DNA of 64,000 nucleotides from Gammaproteobacteria bacterium (GTDB lineage Bacteria; Pseudomonadota; Gammaproteobacteria; UBA4575): NCBI GenBank assembly GCA_022824965.1, contig JAJDYY010000003.1, positions 21,753 to 85,752 of the forward strand, read 5' to 3'. Shown piece by piece: positions 60,108 to 64,000 of this stretch (position 1 is its first letter; each line of letters starts with the position of its first letter). The notes under the pieces were generated by a model. It saw only the letters and a program-made list of their open reading frames with translations, ran no database searches and was not told where the DNA came from. The position numbers and the translations under genes were made by a program.

Positions 60108-61215
60108 AAGCCGACAGACCATCGTCAAGTTTGACCATGTCCAGAAAAGCTACGATGGCCAGGCGCTGGTCATCAAGGATCTGAACCTGAATATCGAGAC
60201 TGGCGAGTTCCTGACCATGCTGGGGCCTTCCGGCTCGGGCAAGACCACCTGCCTGATGATGCTGGCCGGGTTCGAGCCGGCGACCTATGGCGAGATCTAC
60301 CTGAACAACCAACCCATCAACCGGGTCGCACCGCATCGACGCGGCATTGGCATGGTGTTTCAGAATTACGCGCTGTTCCCGCACATGAGCGTTGCCGAGA
60401 ACCTGGCGTTTCCCCTTCAGGTGCGCAAGCTCCCGAGAGCGGAGGTCGAGACCCGGGTCGAGCGGGCGCTGGACATGGTGAAACTACCGGACTTTGGCAG
60501 CCGACGTCCCGCCCAGCTGTCAGGCGGCCAGCGACAAAGGGTGGCCGTCGCTAGGGCCCTGGTGTTTGAGCCGGTGCTGGTACTGATGGACGAGCCGCTC
60601 GGTGCGCTGGACAAGAACCTGCGCGAGGAGATGCAGTTCGAGATCAAGCGCATCCACGAAACCCTGGGGGTGACCGTGGTCTATGTCACCCATGACCAGT
60701 CCGAGGCCCTGACCATGTCGGACCGCATCGCGGTGTTCAACGACGGGGTGATCCAGCAGCTGGCCACCCCGGACGTGCTGTACGAGCAGCCCGAGAATGC
60801 CTTCGTGGCCCGCTTCATCGGCGAGAACAACTGCCTAGAGGGCGAAGTACGATCCGTGGACGGGGCCTATTGCCAGGTCGGGCTTCAAAGCGGCGAAGTG
60901 GTCCGGGCCCTGAAAGTCAAAGTGGGAGGTGAGGGAATGCCGACCACGCTGTCGCTGCGCCCTGAGCGGATCACCGTGACCGCGAACGCGAAGCCTGGCG
61001 ACAACCAGGTCCGCGGGCGGGTCGAGGAGTTGATTTACCTGGGGGATCACATCCGTGTACGCCTGACCGTTGCCGGAAACTACGAGTTCGTGGTCAAAGT
61101 GTCGAATACACAGCAGCGCACCTCTCTGAGTACAGGGGATCAGGTTCAGTTGACCTGGGCGGCCGATGACTGTCGCGCACTCGATACCCTGCAGGGCCCG
61201 TCGCCCGCTTCCTAG
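60100..61215 (+). CDS. PotA-family ABC ATP-binding protein (polyamine/amine uptake type)
   Basis: GPSGSGKTT, MVFQNYALFPHM, LMDEPLGALD and C-terminal TOBE domain. Confidence 0.9.
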   Translation: MIESRQTIVKFDHVQKSYDGQALVIKDLNLNIETGEFLTMLGPSGSGKTTCLMMLAGFEPATYGEIYLNNQPINRVAPHRRGIGMVFQNYALFPHMSVAENLAFPLQVRKLPRAEVETRVERALDMVKLPDFGSRRPAQLSGGQRQRVAVARALVFEPVLVLMDEPLGALDKNLREEMQFEIKRIHETLGVTVVYVTHDQSEALTMSDRIAVFNDGVIQQLATPDVLYEQPENAFVARFIGENNCLEGEVRSVDGAYCQVGLQSGEVVRALKVKVGGEGMPTTLSLRPERITVTANAKPGDNQVRGRVEELIYLGDHIRVRLTVAGNYEFVVKVSNTQQRTSLSTGDQVQLTWAADDCRALDTLQGPSPAS

Positions 61216-61237
61216 CGTAAGGAAAAAATGAAACCCG

Positions 61238-62614
61238 CTACGGGAACAGGCTGAAGTAGTAGCGCGCGTTGATGTTGAACCGCTTATTCCAGCGGTCGTT
61301 GCCGTTGGCACCAAAATCGCCGACCCCGTCATAGATATTGCTGTAGCTGTCTCCCTTGTCGCCGACAAAAAAATTGCCATCGGAGATCCCAAGCTCGGCA
61401 TAGATGTACAACTGGCCCCAGTACATCAGGGCCCCCATGCTCCACAGGGTGCTGTCGTTGAAGTCGCTGCGGTCCTTGACGATGGTGCTCCACTCGATGT
61501 AGGGCGTGACGCTGTCAATCCAGGGAAGGCCCGAGGTGTCAAGGCCGTGGTAGCGAAGCGATACGGCCGGAATCCACCCTTCGGAGGCGACCAGCCAGGC
61601 AAAATCGAATGCGCCCATCGGGATCAGGTCCCCGGTGCCCCAGGGCGTGTCATCCGTGATGTCGTACTCGTAGTAGGACAGCTGCGAGAGCAGCGTGAAG
61701 TCTCCAAACGCGTTCTCCGCATGTGCGGAGACCGCGAAATGGTCCGCGCCGCTGTCCTCGACATTTTTCCCCTTCAGCCAGCCGTACTGCAGGGACGTTC
61801 CGAGTTTTCCAAAACGCTCGGTGGAGTAGATCATGCGGAAGTTGAGCTGGCCGTCTTCCTCGAACCCGTTTTCACCGACGCCCCACTCAACCTTGCCTTC
61901 CGAGTCAGCGTGCTCATCCCAGGTCACCACGTCATAGCTGAACCGGGTACTGTTCCGGCTGGCACCGTCCCATTCCCCCTCGTCCTGGAGATAGTAGGCG
62001 AGATCAACTTCGAGGTCACCGTAGGACCGGGTCCAGCGGATGCCAAGATCCATGTCGTCGGCCAGCCCGACGTAGTAGTGCTGATCGAAGTACCAGCTGG
62101 TCGAGACCCCGTACGGCCCGGGACCGAAAGGCACCCGGACAATGCCGGCCTTGACCGTACCAAGGCTGTCTGATTCGTAGCCGAGCCAGGCCGTGTGCAT
62201 CATGCTGTAGTTGTCGTACCACCGGTACTCGATTCGACCGATGAGTCCATCGGCGTCCAGGTCGGCATTCAGGCGAAAGAGTTCAAGGTCAACGTCTCCG
62301 ACGTCCTCATTTCTGCGGTGACCACTGTTATAGTCTCCGTAGGCGTAATTGATGCCGAAGGTACCGCCGACTTTCACGGGGCGGTGTACGGGCTGCACCA
62401 CGGGTTCCTCGCTGACGGGAGCCTGTGCAACATTTCGGGCCTCGGACTCGGCCAGATCCTTGCGGACCTTGGCAAGTTCGCCCTCCAGCTGTTCGATCCG
62501 TTGCTTCAGGACCTCGGGATCGTCCCCGGCTTCGGCTCCTGCAAATACGGAGGATGAAGCCGACAGGAAGAGGGCCAGAGCACAGACCAATATGGATACA
62601 AGGCGTTTCATCAT
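61238..62614 (-). CDS. putative outer-membrane beta-barrel (porin-like) with N-terminal coiled coil
   Basis: Signal peptide, LKQRIEQLEGEL coil, Tyr/Asp/Gly-rich beta-strands and C-terminal RFNINARYYF. Confidence 0.7.
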   Translation of the reverse strand: MMKRLVSILVCALALFLSASSSVFAGAEAGDDPEVLKQRIEQLEGELAKVRKDLAESEARNVAQAPVSEEPVVQPVHRPVKVGGTFGINYAYGDYNSGHRRNEDVGDVDLELFRLNADLDADGLIGRIEYRWYDNYSMMHTAWLGYESDSLGTVKAGIVRVPFGPGPYGVSTSWYFDQHYYVGLADDMDLGIRWTRSYGDLEVDLAYYLQDEGEWDGASRNSTRFSYDVVTWDEHADSEGKVEWGVGENGFEEDGQLNFRMIYSTERFGKLGTSLQYGWLKGKNVEDSGADHFAVSAHAENAFGDFTLLSQLSYYEYDITDDTPWGTGDLIPMGAFDFAWLVASEGWIPAVSLRYHGLDTSGLPWIDSVTPYIEWSTIVKDRSDFNDSTLWSMGALMYWGQLYIYAELGISDGNFFVGDKGDSYSNIYDGVGDFGANGNDRWNKRFNINARYYFSLFP

Positions 62615-62684
62615 GGAAGATTTAACCATAATTGTATCCATAAATTCAAGATTTTATGTGCTCAACTGTAGAGAGCAGATGATC

Positions 62685-62915
62685 TGTCCGGTTTTCATGG
62701 GACCTCAAAGGAGGTGCCCGATGAGACGGACGGAGTGGTTACAGGAGACGAGGATGAAGCAATTCGAGGAGGCCCTAGGGGCCTGGACGGGCTTTTGGAC
62801 AAGCGCATGAATCAGGCCTCGCAGCGCGGGGCGCCGGAGCAGACGAGGTGATGCGGCTGGTGGACTGGTACCGCAGGCAGCACCGGGGCTGGAACGTGCG
62901 CCATTTTCAAGTTGG
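62685..62915 (+). mobile_element. ISNCY (IS1202-like) transposase 5' remnant
   Basis: TGT-starting left-end candidate, RBS AAGGAGG, then MRRTEWLQETRMKQFEEA, a deletion, GLDGLLDKRM, a frameshift, and DEVMRLV..Y...GWNVRHF, matching the recalled N-terminus of this transposase group. Confidence 0.7.
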
Positions 62916-63045
62916 TTTAAACTATCAATTGCCATGCTATATTATATTCCTATTCGCTTGCATAGATGAATCAATTTTCTATCAGGGTACGTAGCTGATA
63001 AGGTACACAAATGGCCCAGTCCACGGAAATAAAGCCCGATCCTGA

Positions 63046-63058
63046 GGGGGGGGGGGGG
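63046..63058 (+). repeat. G13 homopolymer between the upstream ATG (63011) and the autotransporter-like reading frame
   Basis: cctgaGGGGGGGGGGGGGcag. Confidence 0.9.
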
Positions 63059-63108
63059 CAGATTTGCCTGTCAGACTTGTGTCGTCACTGTCCGGTGCTC
63101 TGCACCCC

Positions 63109-64000
63109 ATGAGCGGGCTACGGGCTACTGGCAGTCTTATCGTTAACCATGCCCCGTCCTTCCTTGCAAAAGAGACTGGCAGGGGCTGGCGAGTACTTGC
63201 AGTCCTTGCGCTTATCATCCTTGCAGCCTTTTGGGGTGCCGAAAATATCCATGCGGCCGCTGTGTGTCCCCCGGACCAGACGCTCACTGACGGGGATCAT
63301 GTCGCATGCACGAAAAGCGATGCAACCCACATCAGCCTCAACCTCAGCGGCGTCGATATCGATACGACCGCGGATCAGACGCCTGCAGTGTCCGCCTCGC
63401 ACACCGGCACCGGCAACGTCACGGTCGATGTCTCCTCGCAAAGCGAACTGACCACCACGGGCGTAGGCTCCCATGGCATCAGTGCCGTGCATACGGGAAG
63501 CAGCGGCAACGTCAATATCCGCGTCAACGGCTCAACGATCGAGGCGGGTGTTGAGGGCGAGGTCAAGAGTGCCTACGCGATCAATGCCGTGCGCGGGGCG
63601 GGCGTTGATTCCCAAGGTGATGGTCCTCCTCCTGGTAATCATGTGGGTGATCTGTTGATCAGTCTCAGTTCATCGCGCATCACCTCCCACGATAGTACAT
63701 CGGCGAATGCTGTACACGCGAGGCACAGTGGAGAGGGTAAGTTCGACATTACTCTGGGCAGCTCCACAATCGCCACAACCGGTACAAACGCCCGTGCTGT
63801 GATCGGGGAGCACCTTGGGCAGTGCCCTGCGGGGTCAGGCTCGTCCTGCTATGCCAGGATCCGCTCCATGAATGGAGTAAGCATCATGGCACCCGGTGCC
63901 AACAGCACCGGCATCAGGCTTACCCGCACACAGCGAACTGAGCAGGGAGTGTTCCAGCCTCACTTGCCAACGGAGGGGGCCATCGAGGTGAGTGGGAATA
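63109..64000 (+). CDS. autotransporter/adhesin-like secreted protein, N-terminal part (runs off the right edge)
   Basis: Open frame with no stop to the window end: MSGLRATG...VLAVLALIILAAFWGAENIHAA signal, then Ser/Thr/Gly/His-rich beta-helix-like repeats (TTTGVGSHGISAVHTG; IATTGTNARAVIGEH). Absent from the ORF track. Confidence 0.75.
   Translation, partial: MSGLRATGSLIVNHAPSFLAKETGRGWRVLAVLALIILAAFWGAENIHAAAVCPPDQTLTDGDHVACTKSDATHISLNLSGVDIDTTADQTPAVSASHTGTGNVTVDVSSQSELTTTGVGSHGISAVHTGSSGNVNIRVNGSTIEAGVEGEVKSAYAINAVRGAGVDSQGDGPPPGNHVGDLLISLSSSRITSHDSTSANAVHARHSGEGKFDITLGSSTIATTGTNARAVIGEHLGQCPAGSGSSCYARIRSMNGVSIMAPGANSTGIRLTRTQRTEQGVFQPHLPTEGAIEVSGN

Noticed and set aside
1-64000. CRISPR arrays, rRNA genes, integrases, prophage or known defence genes
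   Set aside because: No regularly spaced repeat-spacer array, rRNA-like sequence, tyrosine/serine recombinase or phage structural motif was seen.

Overview
GC-rich chromosomal window from a gammaproteobacterium, probably an uncultured sulfur-metabolising lineage (inferred from a Sat resembling those of sulfur oxidisers and a CbbO/NorD-like VWA protein). About 1-43 kb and 52.7-62.6 kb are mostly housekeeping: yccA, tRNA-Ser, pyrC, rne, rluC, yceD-rpmF-plsX-fabH, udg-uvrC-pgsA-tRNA-Gly, sat, metX, gltA, mobAB, moeB, prc, moaA, fur, P450, nhaA, a leucyl aminopeptidase and dusA. The most unusual part is 42.8-52.2 kb. A diverged direct duplication of [moaA 3' end + tRNA-Cys + tRNA-Leu] brackets an ~8 kb cargo, and the two copies have decayed reciprocally: the left keeps moaA and Leu(TAA), the right keeps only Cys(GCA). 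No single-crossover excision could therefore keep both tRNAs. Inside, two inward-facing IS481-family ends flank a secreted hypothetical protein, a MacAB-TolC-like exporter whose membrane-fusion protein carries a cytoplasmic PAS domain and a Gly-X-Pro repeat, and a truncated autotransporter barrel. Other notable items: a DUF2182 membrane protein with two DUF1326 paralogues (one with a Tat signal), an LplT-like MFS with an eroded acyltransferase domain, a short repeat-bearing RNase E, and a G13 tract that puts the likely start of an autotransporter-like gene out of frame at the right edge. All calls come from motif recognition by eye; no searches were run.
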